A stretch of DNA of 64,000 bases, from IMG/VR virus record IMGVR_UViG_3300033073_001153, positions 64,001-128,000 of that record, one strand, 5' to 3'. The translations under genes and the position numbers were made by a program. Each line of letters starts with the position of its first letter. Position 1 is the stretch's first letter. The notes below the pieces were generated by a model. The model did no database searches and was not told the origin of the DNA. It saw only the letters and a program-made list of their open reading frames with translations. Origin of the DNA: a virus. Its lineage: Duplodnaviria; Caudoviricetes. Below, one piece after another: positions 20,420 through 30,041 of this stretch.

Positions 20420-20611
20420 TTATTCATCTAAATTATCTTTAAGAAAGTTTTTTAATAATACTAATTCTTCTTTTGTTAAAATTACTTTACCATTATAATC
20501 ATCTGTAATTGTAAAATTGTTGTCATCTGTTTCCATTAATACAGGACAACAGGTTCTGTTACTGCACATGGTATACTTAATTTTTTCTTGACTCTTTTTA
20601 GAAGTACTCAT
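20420..20611 (-). CDS. Small Cys-containing protein
   Basis: CSNRTCCP..TITDDY; TAAATA upstream. Confidence 0.6.
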   Translation of the reverse strand: MSTSKKSQEKIKYTMCSNRTCCPVLMETDDNNFTITDDYNGKVILTKEELVLLKNFLKDNLDE

Positions 20612-20689
20612 ATAATGATATTTATCAAATTTGTAATAAATTAATAAAAAAATTTTTATTAAAAATATATAGTTTTAATAAATATTATT

Positions 20690-20983
20690 ATGCCTTTTTA
20701 TAATAGAAACATTTGCAAAACCTTTAAATTGACTTGTAATGGTTCTATGCAAAATTTATCAGCAGTTTTAGGATCACAAGAATGTACCGAAGTAGTTGTT
20801 AGGTCTAGAACTACTGTTGAAATATATGATCCAATGAATCCAACCGTAGGATTTCAAGTAGTTAATGGAGAAGAAATGACGTTTCGCGGTTTAACAAATA
20901 TTTCTGAATTAAGTGCAAATGGTACTAATGGCGGAATAGTTTATTTAAGAACACAGTATTACGGTACTACTCCGGGAGTATAA
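20690..20983 (+). CDS. Hypothetical late beta-rich protein
   Basis: TAAATA-N5-ATG. Confidence 0.65.
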   Translation: MPFYNRNICKTFKLTCNGSMQNLSAVLGSQECTEVVVRSRTTVEIYDPMNPTVGFQVVNGEEMTFRGLTNISELSANGTNGGIVYLRTQYYGTTPGV

Positions 20984-20986
20984 TAA

Positions 20987-21478
20987 TTATAAAAAAGATT
21001 TTAATTGAGAATATTTCATATTCCAACAATCTGCTCTAACTACAAATCCATTAGATCCATCGATATCTCCTTTTTTTAGGAATCTTGCATCTTTGAAATA
21101 TTTTTCTTTTTCGTAAAATCCCATTACATATACACATTCTGGACGAATACTTTCTTTCTTCCACAAGACACGAGTAAACACATAATAATCACATTTTTGA
21201 CGTGTATTATAATCTGCTACACTACATTCGTAATCAAGTGAAGGAATGACCGTAGTTTGTTTAGATTTAATATCATATGTTTTACTATTATGAATTAAAT
21301 CGTAATCATATGTATTAGATATAACTGAACCTTCTAATATAGATTGTACTGTATACTCTCCTATAAATCCTACTAAATTACCTTTTCCATTACGGATAGA
21401 ATTTTTCAATTCTCCCATACTTTTTGACTTTAATATAGAATTGTATATAATATTATTATCTATATCTATTTTAATCAC
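20987..21478 (-). CDS. Putative PD-(D/E)xK nuclease-fold protein
   Basis: G.IGE..YDYDL..YDIKSK; TTGACA-N17-TACACT upstream. Confidence 0.55.
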   Translation of the reverse strand: MIKIDIDNNIIYNSILKSKSMGELKNSIRNGKGNLVGFIGEYTVQSILEGSVISNTYDYDLIHNSKTYDIKSKQTTVIPSLDYECSVADYNTRQKCDYYVFTRVLWKKESIRPECVYVMGFYEKEKYFKDARFLKKGDIDGSNGFVVRADCWNMKYSQLKSFL

Positions 21479-21519
21479 TTATAAAGTGTAATAGATATTT
21501 TTTGAACTGTCAATAAAAA

Positions 21520-22404
21520 TTAATATCTTTCTCGGTTTCTATAGAACGCATCCTTAGCTATATCTTCTAAAGATTTTTTAGTTTTTCTTTGATATTCTGA
21601 TAACTTATGAAGTGCTCTTTGAGTCTTAGGACGCATACGCCTCATTTCATTATGTATATCTGTGTTTATTGTACTAAACAATTCTTGCCAATTCCAATTA
21701 CGTTCTAAACGATTTTTAGTTTTTTCTTCAATTTCTGCATTTGGATCAAGTAACCAGTTTATTGTTTCTACGAATCTATCTTCTTGATCTAGTGTGTATT
21801 CTCGTTCTCTCATACTTCTTAATTCGTATTGATGGGTATCTTCTAGCTTGTGCGCTTTTTCTCTACGAAGAACTTGGAAATCATTTATATTATTATAAAC
21901 ATAATATTCAACTCCAGATTGAGCAATCATATTAATATGATCAATCTTCATCTCGTGTCGTTTTTTATCTTCTTCATCTAAAGGCGGAACATATATATGA
22001 ATAGCTATTATATATTTTTTGGCATTTGTTATCTTATGATCTCTTGATAATATTCTCTCTTCGGTTTCGTCCATTGATGTAGTTCCCCAATAATTAACTG
22101 GAACTATTTTATAATTATCAGATACCTTAGATGCATCTAATTCTATTACACAGTGAAAAGTTTTTGAGTAATATTTTCCTTCAGAACCAGTGCCATAACG
22201 TCCACGAGCAATTGATGAAGTACTAAGAAAGAAGTTACGTTTATAATTTGGATTAGCACGAGCATCGGCTCCTTTACCATAAGTTAATTCAAATTTATTT
22301 TCAGATACTATTTTAGCAGCTTTAAATACATCAGTATAATGATACAATCTCCGAAGGGGAGAAGTGCCTTCTAGTAATTTCTGAACCAATTCGTCGAACT
22401 TCAT
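21520..22404 (-). CDS. Putative ADP-ribosyltransferase-fold protein with MKFDEL leader
   Basis: LYHYT..FLSTS..ETEERI pattern. Confidence 0.5.
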   Translation of the reverse strand: MKFDELVQKLLEGTSPLRRLYHYTDVFKAAKIVSENKFELTYGKGADARANPNYKRNFFLSTSSIARGRYGTGSEGKYYSKTFHCVIELDASKVSDNYKIVPVNYWGTTSMDETEERILSRDHKITNAKKYIIAIHIYVPPLDEEDKKRHEMKIDHINMIAQSGVEYYVYNNINDFQVLRREKAHKLEDTHQYELRSMREREYTLDQEDRFVETINWLLDPNAEIEEKTKNRLERNWNWQELFSTINTDIHNEMRRMRPKTQRALHKLSEYQRKTKKSLEDIAKDAFYRNRERY

Positions 22405-22412
22405 TATAGTAT

Positions 22413-22664
22413 TTACTTTTTCTTCTTAGACCAAGTTATACGTTTGGAACTTTTCTTTTTTCTCTTGGATTCTGAACATTGTGATTTAGTCGGACGACAA
22501 GCTGGATACCCTCTGCGCTTTTCTCCTTTTTGTCTTCCACAAGGTTTTCCAGTTTTACAATCTATCCATCCGCCTTTTTTTCTCATAAACCATCCGTGCA
22601 AACCGTATTTTTTTTCTAGATCGAATTTTTCTAGTAATGTTTGTACTAAATCATCGAAGTTCAT
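22413..22664 (-). CDS. Small basic Cys-rich protein with leader (DUF5872-like)
   Basis: GL.GWF..WIDCKTGKPCGR..YPACRP; leader MNFDDLVQTLLE. Confidence 0.55.
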   Translation of the reverse strand: MNFDDLVQTLLEKFDLEKKYGLHGWFMRKKGGWIDCKTGKPCGRQKGEKRRGYPACRPTKSQCSESKRKKKSSKRITWSKKKK

Positions 22665-22843
22665 TATTTCTTACCTTTCTTCTTTGATTTGTTACCCCAA
22701 TTCTTGGCACCTTTTTTTCGGCAAGTTACGAGGGCACCGCTTGAATATGCTGATGGAAAAACACGATACCTTGCCTTCACTTTGTGATAACAAGCATCTT
22801 TTTTCTCTTCTAAAATTTTATTTACCAATTCGTCGAACTTCAT
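22664..22843 (-). CDS. Small basic protein with leader (DUF5872-like)
   Basis: Start at 22843 (MKFDELVNKILEE), DACYHKVK..PSAYSSGALV.CRK; late box upstream. Confidence 0.65.
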   Translation of the reverse strand: MKFDELVNKILEEKKDACYHKVKARYRVFPSAYSSGALVTCRKKGAKNWGNKSKKKGKK

Positions 22844-22877
22844 AAGAGTATTTATTATAAAAATATTAAATACTAAA

Positions 22878-23876
22878 ATGAATGACAGAGAACTGATCTG
22901 GGAAAGATATAAGCTGATATCTGAAATACCAGCTAGTTTGGAATTCATGGGCGACGATCCAGAAATAACTAGTAAGCTAGAACCAAATTTTAAACCCGTA
23001 CAGAAAACTAAAAAACCAAGATTTAGCAATAATAGTCTTAATTCTAGAAATGTAGACGTAAATGCATGGACTAGTGAAAAAGCTAGAGAACTAATGAAAT
23101 CCACCGTACAAACTGGTACGGCCAAAGGTTTAGACAAAAGACGACAAGCACAAGGAAAAGCACCTTTAATCTGGAAATTGGTAGATGCTAATCTAGAACA
23201 AGAAATAGAAACTTCTAGATATATTATAAGTAAATCAGATCTTACGGATTTAGTTAATAGTAATCCATCAATAAAACAAAAATTGTCCACTCCAAACGGA
23301 ATTACAGTAATTATGACTCCTTCTGGACAAGCAGAACGATCTGGTATTATGGCATTTTCTAGCTGGATAAGATCACATAAATGCGGTCATGCTATTCTAG
23401 AATATAGAAAAAACGCAGATATAGATAATAATATCAAAAAAGTTTTAAATGATTATTATAAACTTTTTAAAGAATCTTTGTCGCTAATAGGAAATTATAA
23501 ACTTTCTAATCGTTTAAATGATTATCCAATTTTAAAAATTATGGCAGAGAAAGGAACAGCCGAATACGGATATCCAGATCCGCAAAAATATTACAGAGAT
23601 CCGGAAATTTTCTATATGGACTTTTTTACCTTTGGGTCGGCAAGAAATAGAGAATTAATAATAACCGACATAAAAGAAGAATTGGTGGCACAGTTAATGC
23701 AAACCGGTAAAATAACTGTGAATAAAATGATAGATAACATAATCTTAAAAAAGATGAATGATTGGTTTGGTAATATAGATATAGAAAACCTTTTAAATAT
23801 CGAAGAATATATAGCAAATCAAATAGACCAAGCAATAGAAAATTGTATAGGCGAAATACTATATGATGTGGTTTAA
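22878..23876 (+). CDS. MNDRELIWE-leader protein of unknown function
   Basis: Leader motif and late box. Confidence 0.75.
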   Translation: MNDRELIWERYKLISEIPASLEFMGDDPEITSKLEPNFKPVQKTKKPRFSNNSLNSRNVDVNAWTSEKARELMKSTVQTGTAKGLDKRRQAQGKAPLIWKLVDANLEQEIETSRYIISKSDLTDLVNSNPSIKQKLSTPNGITVIMTPSGQAERSGIMAFSSWIRSHKCGHAILEYRKNADIDNNIKKVLNDYYKLFKESLSLIGNYKLSNRLNDYPILKIMAEKGTAEYGYPDPQKYYRDPEIFYMDFFTFGSARNRELIITDIKEELVAQLMQTGKITVNKMIDNIILKKMNDWFGNIDIENLLNIEEYIANQIDQAIENCIGEILYDVV

Positions 23877-23888
23877 TTAAATAATCCT

Positions 23889-25034
23889 ATGAATGACAGA
23901 GAACTGATCTGGGAAGCGTATACTTCTAAGCAACAACTTGATGATATTATTTATCCTGAAGAAGGTCCAACGGGTACTGTGGAATTGACCAAAGAAGAAC
24001 TTATAAATATTCTTAAACAAGAAGGAGGTTTTAGTTATTCGGCGTTTAATAGTTCAGAGCCTATTGAAAACTTAATAAAATTTTGGGAGTCGGAAAAATC
24101 GATTATCCAACAAGGACAACCCGTTCCAAAAGACAGATCTCATATTATTAGGACTAATAAAGGAACTTATATAATTGATTATAAAGCATATTCTACTTTT
24201 TTAGACAATAGTTACATAAAACTTAGTCTTCAAATATATAGAAATAAATTAAAAGAATCAAATAGACTAAGAGAAGAAATGGAAAAATTTAATGAGAGAG
24301 AAAGAAAATTTCCTCAATTATTTCGTCATTTGGATGCTGATGAATTAGCACCTAATCAAGAACCATCTCCACAAATACTTTATCATGCAGGAACTAAAAT
24401 TTTAAAAGTAAAAGATATAGAATTTGACAGAGGAGCACTCGGGTTTCATTTAGGAACCAAAGAACAAATGGAATATATTTCGAAAGGAACTTATAAGAGA
24501 GATTCGGGATTATCTCACAGGCAAATGCAACAGGGAGGAAGATTAAAAATAAGCAAATTTTTGGTATCACCAGTTTGTACAGGAGGTAAATATATTTTAA
24601 GAATAGATACTGATATGCCTTGGGAAGACCCAGTACAATTGTCAGTATATTTGAATTATGTTGGATTATTGAACAGAGAGGATGTGGAACATGCTCTCGA
24701 TGTTTTTGGTTATGTTGATAATAGGGATATGGAAGAAGACATAGGCGATGATTATGATCTAGGAAATATATTATATACCGTATTAGATAAAATACAAAGA
24801 TTTGGATTTGATAGTGATGAATATCATCCTGCTGATGATCTCCCAATTATAACTGAACATTCTGAGTTTTATAAAGATAAACAAGCACTAGGATTTATTA
24901 GAAATTTATTGGTAGAACAGGGATATGCAGGCATAATATATGAAAATGTAGGAGAAGGAACTCATGTTACTTCTGAAGAATCGCAATACTCCCTTTGTAT
25001 ACTAGACAAATGTATATTAAAAGACGTTAAATAA
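23889..25034 (+). CDS. MNDRELIWE-leader protein with ADP-ribosyltransferase-like domain
   Basis: LYHAGT..GFHLGT..GYAGIIYEN.GEG. Confidence 0.55.
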   Translation: MNDRELIWEAYTSKQQLDDIIYPEEGPTGTVELTKEELINILKQEGGFSYSAFNSSEPIENLIKFWESEKSIIQQGQPVPKDRSHIIRTNKGTYIIDYKAYSTFLDNSYIKLSLQIYRNKLKESNRLREEMEKFNERERKFPQLFRHLDADELAPNQEPSPQILYHAGTKILKVKDIEFDRGALGFHLGTKEQMEYISKGTYKRDSGLSHRQMQQGGRLKISKFLVSPVCTGGKYILRIDTDMPWEDPVQLSVYLNYVGLLNREDVEHALDVFGYVDNRDMEEDIGDDYDLGNILYTVLDKIQRFGFDSDEYHPADDLPIITEHSEFYKDKQALGFIRNLLVEQGYAGIIYENVGEGTHVTSEESQYSLCILDKCILKDVK

Positions 25035-25038
25035 AACT

Positions 25039-25647
25039 ATGAACGACAGAGAAATGATCTGGGAAAGATATATAAACGAAGCATATAATAGAGATTGTAT
25101 AATTTGTATTGATATTCAACCAGCATATGAATCTTATGCCAAAAAGATAATGAATAACTTTGTAAATTTTTTAAATTCATACAAAGGTGAAATATATTAT
25201 TTTTATAATGGATCTGATGTTGGTATAGACGATAACTCATATTCAATATCTGAATGGCTAATGGAATATGGAGTAGAAGAAGAAGTTTTAAATAAAATAG
25301 TTTTTAAAGAAAAGTACTATGCATTTTTTAGAAATTTCATGGATCAAGGAATGGATAGACACGAAATAATTAAAATTATTCGTTATATGGTAATGAACCG
25401 AATAAACGATAGTAGAGATATCGAAGAAGAACAATGGAAAAATATTCTAGGTGAAGAATATAATAATTATGAATATATCATAAATTCTGACAATATACAC
25501 ATACCAGATATTTCTATAGGACATTTAAAAACATTAAATGGATGTTATTTGGCTGGCGGAGGAAGAGACGAATGTTTATCAGAATTCAGATTTTTATTAG
25601 AAGCATTTAATATAAAATACAAACTGATAAAATCATTAATATATTAA
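25039..25647 (+). CDS. MNDREMIWE-leader cysteine hydrolase (isochorismatase/nicotinamidase fold)
   Basis: IICIDIQ (Asp), KEKYY (Lys), LAGGGRDECL (Cys) triad. Confidence 0.6.
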   Translation: MNDREMIWERYINEAYNRDCIICIDIQPAYESYAKKIMNNFVNFLNSYKGEIYYFYNGSDVGIDDNSYSISEWLMEYGVEEEVLNKIVFKEKYYAFFRNFMDQGMDRHEIIKIIRYMVMNRINDSRDIEEEQWKNILGEEYNNYEYIINSDNIHIPDISIGHLKTLNGCYLAGGGRDECLSEFRFLLEAFNIKYKLIKSLIY

Positions 25648-25853
25648 TAGAGGATTGTATATTAAAAAATCGCTCTTAGTAAAAATCCCCGGAAATTGCA
25701 AAAAAAATTTTGGCAATGCCCCCCTCCCCCCTCCGTCTTGCATCTTACGCATGATGCAAACTAAAATGCTCGGTGTGCATGGCACGGAACTTGTTTTCCA
25801 GAAACTTTAGCAGAAAATAAAAAAAGTTTTTTTGCTAGATGGCATGGTTCCTG

Positions 25854-25889
25854 ATACGGCACCCCCTCCCGTGAAAGGGGGTGCCGTAT
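25854..25889. terminator. Strong hairpin closing the minus-strand early unit
   Basis: ATACGGCACCCCCT / AGGGGGTGCCGTAT 14-bp inverted repeat. Confidence 0.65.
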
Positions 25890-25910
25890 TAGCGGAAGTG
25901 TCTGTAGCTA

Positions 25911-26240
25911 TTAGGGTTCGCCTAGTTCGGTAAGGATGACTCGCTTCCAAAAATCCAAAGGCAAAGTGGGTTCTGTTTTGGAAAGTATTGTTGCAAGTCT
26001 TTCGCGGATATGCAGTTCGATTCCAGTAGCGTTGTACCATACCCCGAAGCACCAAGCCATTATGCGTGGTGCTTCGGTTGTCACGGTGAGAGGAATGTTC
26101 CGTTTGTCCTCAGAGAATTTACTCAGAACTTCTCTGAGGAAGTTACGCAAGTGCCTCTCTGCTATAGTGTTTCGGTATGTCTTATTGTTTGCTGTTTGAA
26201 AGTTTGCGTACAGTAGCTGAGATAATTGTTTGATATTCAT
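25911..26240 (-). CDS. Hypothetical early protein
   Basis: 109-aa ORF; GCCGATAA element upstream. Confidence 0.65.
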   Translation of the reverse strand: MNIKQLSQLLYANFQTANNKTYRNTIAERHLRNFLREVLSKFSEDKRNIPLTVTTEAPRIMAWCFGVWYNATGIELHIRERLATILSKTEPTLPLDFWKRVILTELGEP

Positions 26241-26428
26241 AAGGTTGTGTTGGGTAAGTGTGAATCTATTATCGGCGCGAGTTTATATTCTGACTGGAAT
26301 GTTTCCCGTAAGCATGATTGCCTAATGGCGGGACGCTAAGGGGGTTTGTGATGCCCTATGTGGGTAGGGGTGCGGTGGTGATATTGCCGGAGGGGTCGGA
26401 GCCTTTTAAGGGGCCTTTACGCGCAAAG

Positions 26429-26458
26429 GCGGGGAGGGGGATCGAACTCCCTCCCCGC
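26429..26458 (-). terminator. Hairpin after the helicase gene
   Basis: GCGGGGAGGG stem with a GTTCGATC loop. Confidence 0.6.
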
Positions 26459-26472
26459 ACTACTTTCCGGTT

Positions 26473-28041
26473 TTACTTGCTTTGACCTTTCAAATACGCC
26501 GCAACGTCCTGCACCTCAACCAAATCCCGCTTGGCGCGGGTTATGGCGACGTAGATCAGATTGTTTTCCTGCACTTTCATCCATTCCTTTTTAGCCCACT
26601 TGCTAGGCATAAAGTCCTCACGTCCAAGCAGGAAGACTCTCTCCCACTCTAAGCCTTTGGACTTGTGAACAGAGCAGAGTGTCAGGAGGTCTTTACGGGT
26701 CGTTTTGTCGTCGGCATTGCTGAACATGCTGTCGATAAGGGACTTGAGGTCATCCACCCTATTCTTTCCCTCAACGTAGCACTTTTCCATGCATGCCCTA
26801 ATGCAATCGACTTTATCCTGAATTACCCCAACAAGTGCGTCGTTCCCTTTGGTTTGTGCTTTCTGAGTCTCACGGTCAAGATAGTCGCTCAGTCGGTTCT
26901 CCAACGCATCCAAGGTTTTAACCTTCCATTTGCCTATCACGTTTAGCAAACCCTGAGCAATGTCCCGTCCCTCAATCCGGCAAGGGATGCCCCTCTTGAT
27001 GAGGGAGAAAGCCGTCCGCATTAGGGGAGCATTAGTCCGACAAAGGATTGCGTCCCGATAGGAAAGATTCAGGGACTCAGGCTTTTCCGCCAAGTCACTG
27101 TAGGGAAGTTGAGTAACGCTTCCGGTCTCGGCATTCGGCGCAGCCTCAATAGTGGGATACCACGTTTGAGCGTGTTTAATCACGCTGGAACTGCACCTAT
27201 AACAAACGGAGAGAGGGAGTTCCACGGCGTTGTGAGCGGCAATGAGATTATCCAAAGCCATTGCATCCGCCCCCGTGAAACCGTAAACGGCTTGCCCCCT
27301 ATCACCCACTTTTAAATGGCGGGTATATTCGTGAGCCAGTGCCTTGCAAACCGCTTGTCTGAGAGGACTTAGGTCTTGGCATTCATCCACAATTACCCAG
27401 TCAAATTTCGGCAACTTATAGTTACGCAAAACTGTCAGGTAAACCATGTCAGAAAAGTCGATTGTCTGACTGTCCTCATTGTTCACTTTCAACGCTTTCT
27501 GAGCAATCTCAATGCACCTATCCATTGAGGCTTCCTCTTCCAACTCAACCTCATGGTGATCCATAAGTCTCTGCCATTGTGAGGACTCGGCAATGGGCCA
27601 GAAAATTCCAGCACCGTCATCTTTGGCTAGTGAAACCAGCTTACTTACTGCACCGGAGTACATTGCGAAGTCCTCTTCTGAGAGGTTATTCTCCAAAATC
27701 ATGCGAACCTTGCGGTTCTCTAACACAATCCGTTTGCCTTTGTTTGCGTTCCGATACGCCCCAAAACAAAGGGCGTGTACGGTGCTACACTCAACGGTGG
27801 TGAGTCCCTCCCGTTTCAGTTTGGAATCCATTTCCAACTGTATTTTCTTATTGAATGCCAACACGATAGCGTTCAACACAACGGACTTACCCTCTTTCGC
27901 AAGGTACTCGACCAGTGCTTTTAAGGTTTGGATAATAACGGTGCTCTTACCGCTACCCGCAACGGCGGACACAACGGCGTTGCCCTTTCCAGTGATTGCC
28001 CAGCTGAACACGGCGGACTGATATTTTGATGGAACGAACAT
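26473..28041 (-). CDS. UvrD/Rep-family SF1 helicase
   Basis: AVAGSGKS, LAFNK, VDECQDLS, VGDRGQAVYGFTGA, ILCRTN, SVHKSKGLEW, YVAITRAK. Confidence 0.93.
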   Translation of the reverse strand: MFVPSKYQSAVFSWAITGKGNAVVSAVAGSGKSTVIIQTLKALVEYLAKEGKSVVLNAIVLAFNKKIQLEMDSKLKREGLTTVECSTVHALCFGAYRNANKGKRIVLENRKVRMILENNLSEEDFAMYSGAVSKLVSLAKDDGAGIFWPIAESSQWQRLMDHHEVELEEEASMDRCIEIAQKALKVNNEDSQTIDFSDMVYLTVLRNYKLPKFDWVIVDECQDLSPLRQAVCKALAHEYTRHLKVGDRGQAVYGFTGADAMALDNLIAAHNAVELPLSVCYRCSSSVIKHAQTWYPTIEAAPNAETGSVTQLPYSDLAEKPESLNLSYRDAILCRTNAPLMRTAFSLIKRGIPCRIEGRDIAQGLLNVIGKWKVKTLDALENRLSDYLDRETQKAQTKGNDALVGVIQDKVDCIRACMEKCYVEGKNRVDDLKSLIDSMFSNADDKTTRKDLLTLCSVHKSKGLEWERVFLLGREDFMPSKWAKKEWMKVQENNLIYVAITRAKRDLVEVQDVAAYLKGQSK

Positions 28042-28182
28042 ATGTTTTTTTTTCTGTTAATGTACTGAACTTCAACCCTTTACGAACTCAGTTCCCTACC
28101 TCGGGACTGCATAAAAGGCTGAAAGCAAAACACTAAAAACCACGCCCCCTACACCGTATTGTGTAGGGGGAGTTTATGTGAT

Positions 28183-28434
28183 TTATTCAAGTGGGGAAGG
28201 ATAACCCGCTTCAACCATAAGCGGATTCCATTTATTGTACACCCTTGCTTCTAAGGGCGTACAATTGACCGTAATATCAGTATTCATCCCACTCGCTTGT
28301 TGGCGAGTGGTAATTTGTATCTCCCCCTCTGCGCGTTCCTGAGGGGTACAATCTCCCCAAACTGCCGGAATCCACATTTTGATTTTATTTTGGAATGCGT
28401 ATTCAACAGCATTTAGATTTAGATGATTCGACAT
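28183..28434 (-). CDS. Hypothetical early protein
   Basis: ORF bounded by hairpins, A-rich leader. Confidence 0.65.
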   Translation of the reverse strand: MSNHLNLNAVEYAFQNKIKMWIPAVWGDCTPQERAEGEIQITTRQQASGMNTDITVNCTPLEARVYNKWNPLMVEAGYPSPLE

Positions 28435-28550
28435 AATTTTTGTTTTCTTTTTAGAATCTGATTGCCAACGCTTTAACCATTAAAACGCTGGCGACAAATA
28501 CTAAAAACCACGCCCCCTACACCGGATTGTGTAGGGGGTTGAATTGGAGA

Positions 28551-28898
28551 TTAGCAGACCATCTCGTCTTGTCTCCGGACTTCTCTAAGTCCCCGTTCCA
28601 TGAGGTTCTCAGCGAGGAACTTCCGGAACTGAGCATCAGTGATTTCCTGAGTGTTCGTCCAGAGACCGATTCTGCGTTTAATGTCTGCCAGCGAGACCAT
28701 TCCGGAGTCCGGAGTCCCGCGCAAACGGTGAACTGCGAAGTACCTCTGAGCGTACTGTTTCCAGTTTTTTTCAGTGATTGAACGCAACTGAACATCAATG
28801 GAATTCCAGATAAGGTGCTCAGTCTTAGACCACTCTGCATTATCGGAGTGGAGTTCCTTCCAGTTTGCGACTTTGCCGAATTCGAAGTTGAGTGACAT
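28551..28898 (-). CDS. Hypothetical early protein
   Basis: SITEKNW..RRIGLWTN pattern; bounded by hairpins. Confidence 0.7.
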   Translation of the reverse strand: MSLNFEFGKVANWKELHSDNAEWSKTEHLIWNSIDVQLRSITEKNWKQYAQRYFAVHRLRGTPDSGMVSLADIKRRIGLWTNTQEITDAQFRKFLAENLMERGLREVRRQDEMVC

Positions 28899-29003
28899 AT
28901 CTTTTTTATTTTGTAGGATTTGGGTTTCAACGCTCCGGTCTCGGCATCCCTACTTCGGGGCCGCGAAACGCTGAGGACAAACCCTAGTGCTAGGAAACTT
29001 AAC

Positions 29004-29189
29004 CTAGCGGATTGTCTTTAAGCTACTTACGAAAATGTAAGTGGAGACCGGAAACGCAAGTGCCGTTAGCACCGGAACCGTCCCGAGTTCTTGACCATAC
29101 AAGGCAATCCCTTCCGCAATGGATACTTTGATCCGAATTGGAAAGGCAACGCTGACTAACTCCTTAAAAGTCAGCATTCTATGGCACAT
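29004..29189 (-). CDS. Small hydrophobic protein
   Basis: 61 aa, GAGGA upstream. Confidence 0.4.
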   Translation of the reverse strand: MCHRMLTFKELVSVAFPIRIKVSIAEGIALYGQELGTVPVLTALAFPVSTYIFVSSLKTIR

Positions 29190-29708
29190 ATCATTCCTCT
29201 GTTAAAGGTGTAGGCAAATGTGCAGCCCCCAGTTTTCCGTTACGGTCGTCTGGTGACCGGAGCCGCTAGCCCTGACTCAGGGGTCCGGTTGCCACCGGAA
29301 AACGCTTGTCGCACGTCCTACGCTGGGGAGACCTCCCAGAACCCAGACCAGCGGAACTCGCTGGCCTACCCTGTATTCGGCATCCTACAGAATCCCTTAA
29401 ATGATTTTTTTATCATTTTTGTAAGTGCCTTTCTTTCGAAAGTTTACAAAGCAAAAAGATTTTCAAAGCCCTCTTCCGGTAGGGTCTTAAATAGTACCGG
29501 AGAGACTCACCGGAAACGCCCCGTAATTGAGCGGAAACGGCAATCCTAGGCCCGTTCGCTCGCCGGTAAGGTGAGTATAGCGGACAACCTAGAAACCCCC
29601 CTAGAATCGCCTTTAAACGCAAAAGTCTTGTAAGTGTCTATATTCTCGATACTTACGAAAGATAAAAAAAGTTTCGGATAGGCTTGACAAGGTAGGGTAG
29701 TGCCAGAC

Positions 29709-29814
29709 TAACCTATCGGCGGGGGGAGGGTCTGTCTGGGTACTTTTTCTATGTAAAAACAGGGGTTGACAAAGTAAACAATTCTTTATTAACCTATCGG
29801 CGGGGGGAGGGTCT
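29709..29814 (+). repeat. 25-bp direct repeat TAACCTATCGGCGGGGGGAGGGTCT
   Basis: Identical copies at 29709 and 29790; variants at 33173 and 33261. Confidence 0.85.
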
Positions 29815-29970
29815 AAGGTTTCCCTAGCATCGCAAAAAGGGGGCTTGACAAGTGTGGTAGACTAAGAGGGAGGGGGGAGGGAGAAGGGTTTTTATTTATA
29901 TTCTATAAGTTATGCTTATAGAGCATAATGAATATAAGGTATGCTTATAGAGTATAATGAATGTTCTGTA

Positions 29971-29986
29971 TGTTCCATGTGGAACA
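29971..29986. promoter_or_regulatory. parS-like palindrome
   Basis: TGTTCCATGTGGAACA versus parS consensus TGTTNCACGTGNAACA. Confidence 0.6.
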
Positions 29987-30041
29987 AAAGAGAACCCCCT
30001 ACACTCCGTAGAATGTAGGGGGTTGGGGGAACCGGACTCTG

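Larger units (their letters stand above)
28062..28986 (-). repeat. Three related long intergenic stem-loops plus a duplicated 38-bp terminator-like hairpin
   Basis: Stem-loops at 28062-28134, 28452-28503, 28914-28986; 38-bp repeat at 28133 and 28501 with 1 mismatch. Confidence 0.7.

Noticed and set aside
22844-23290. N-terminal extension of ORF 22664..23290 and similar shadow ORFs (e.g. 27593..28021, 30710..31051, 38809..39336, 29220..29549)
   Set aside because: They are antisense or off-frame to better-supported genes, or lack any start signal or motif; real starts are defined by promoter spacing.
27115-28947. About 20-nt similarity (AACGCT(T)CCGGTCTCGGCAT) between the helicase ORF and an intergenic hairpin
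   Set aside because: Same strand, gapped, single instance; no evidence for an antisense or template role.
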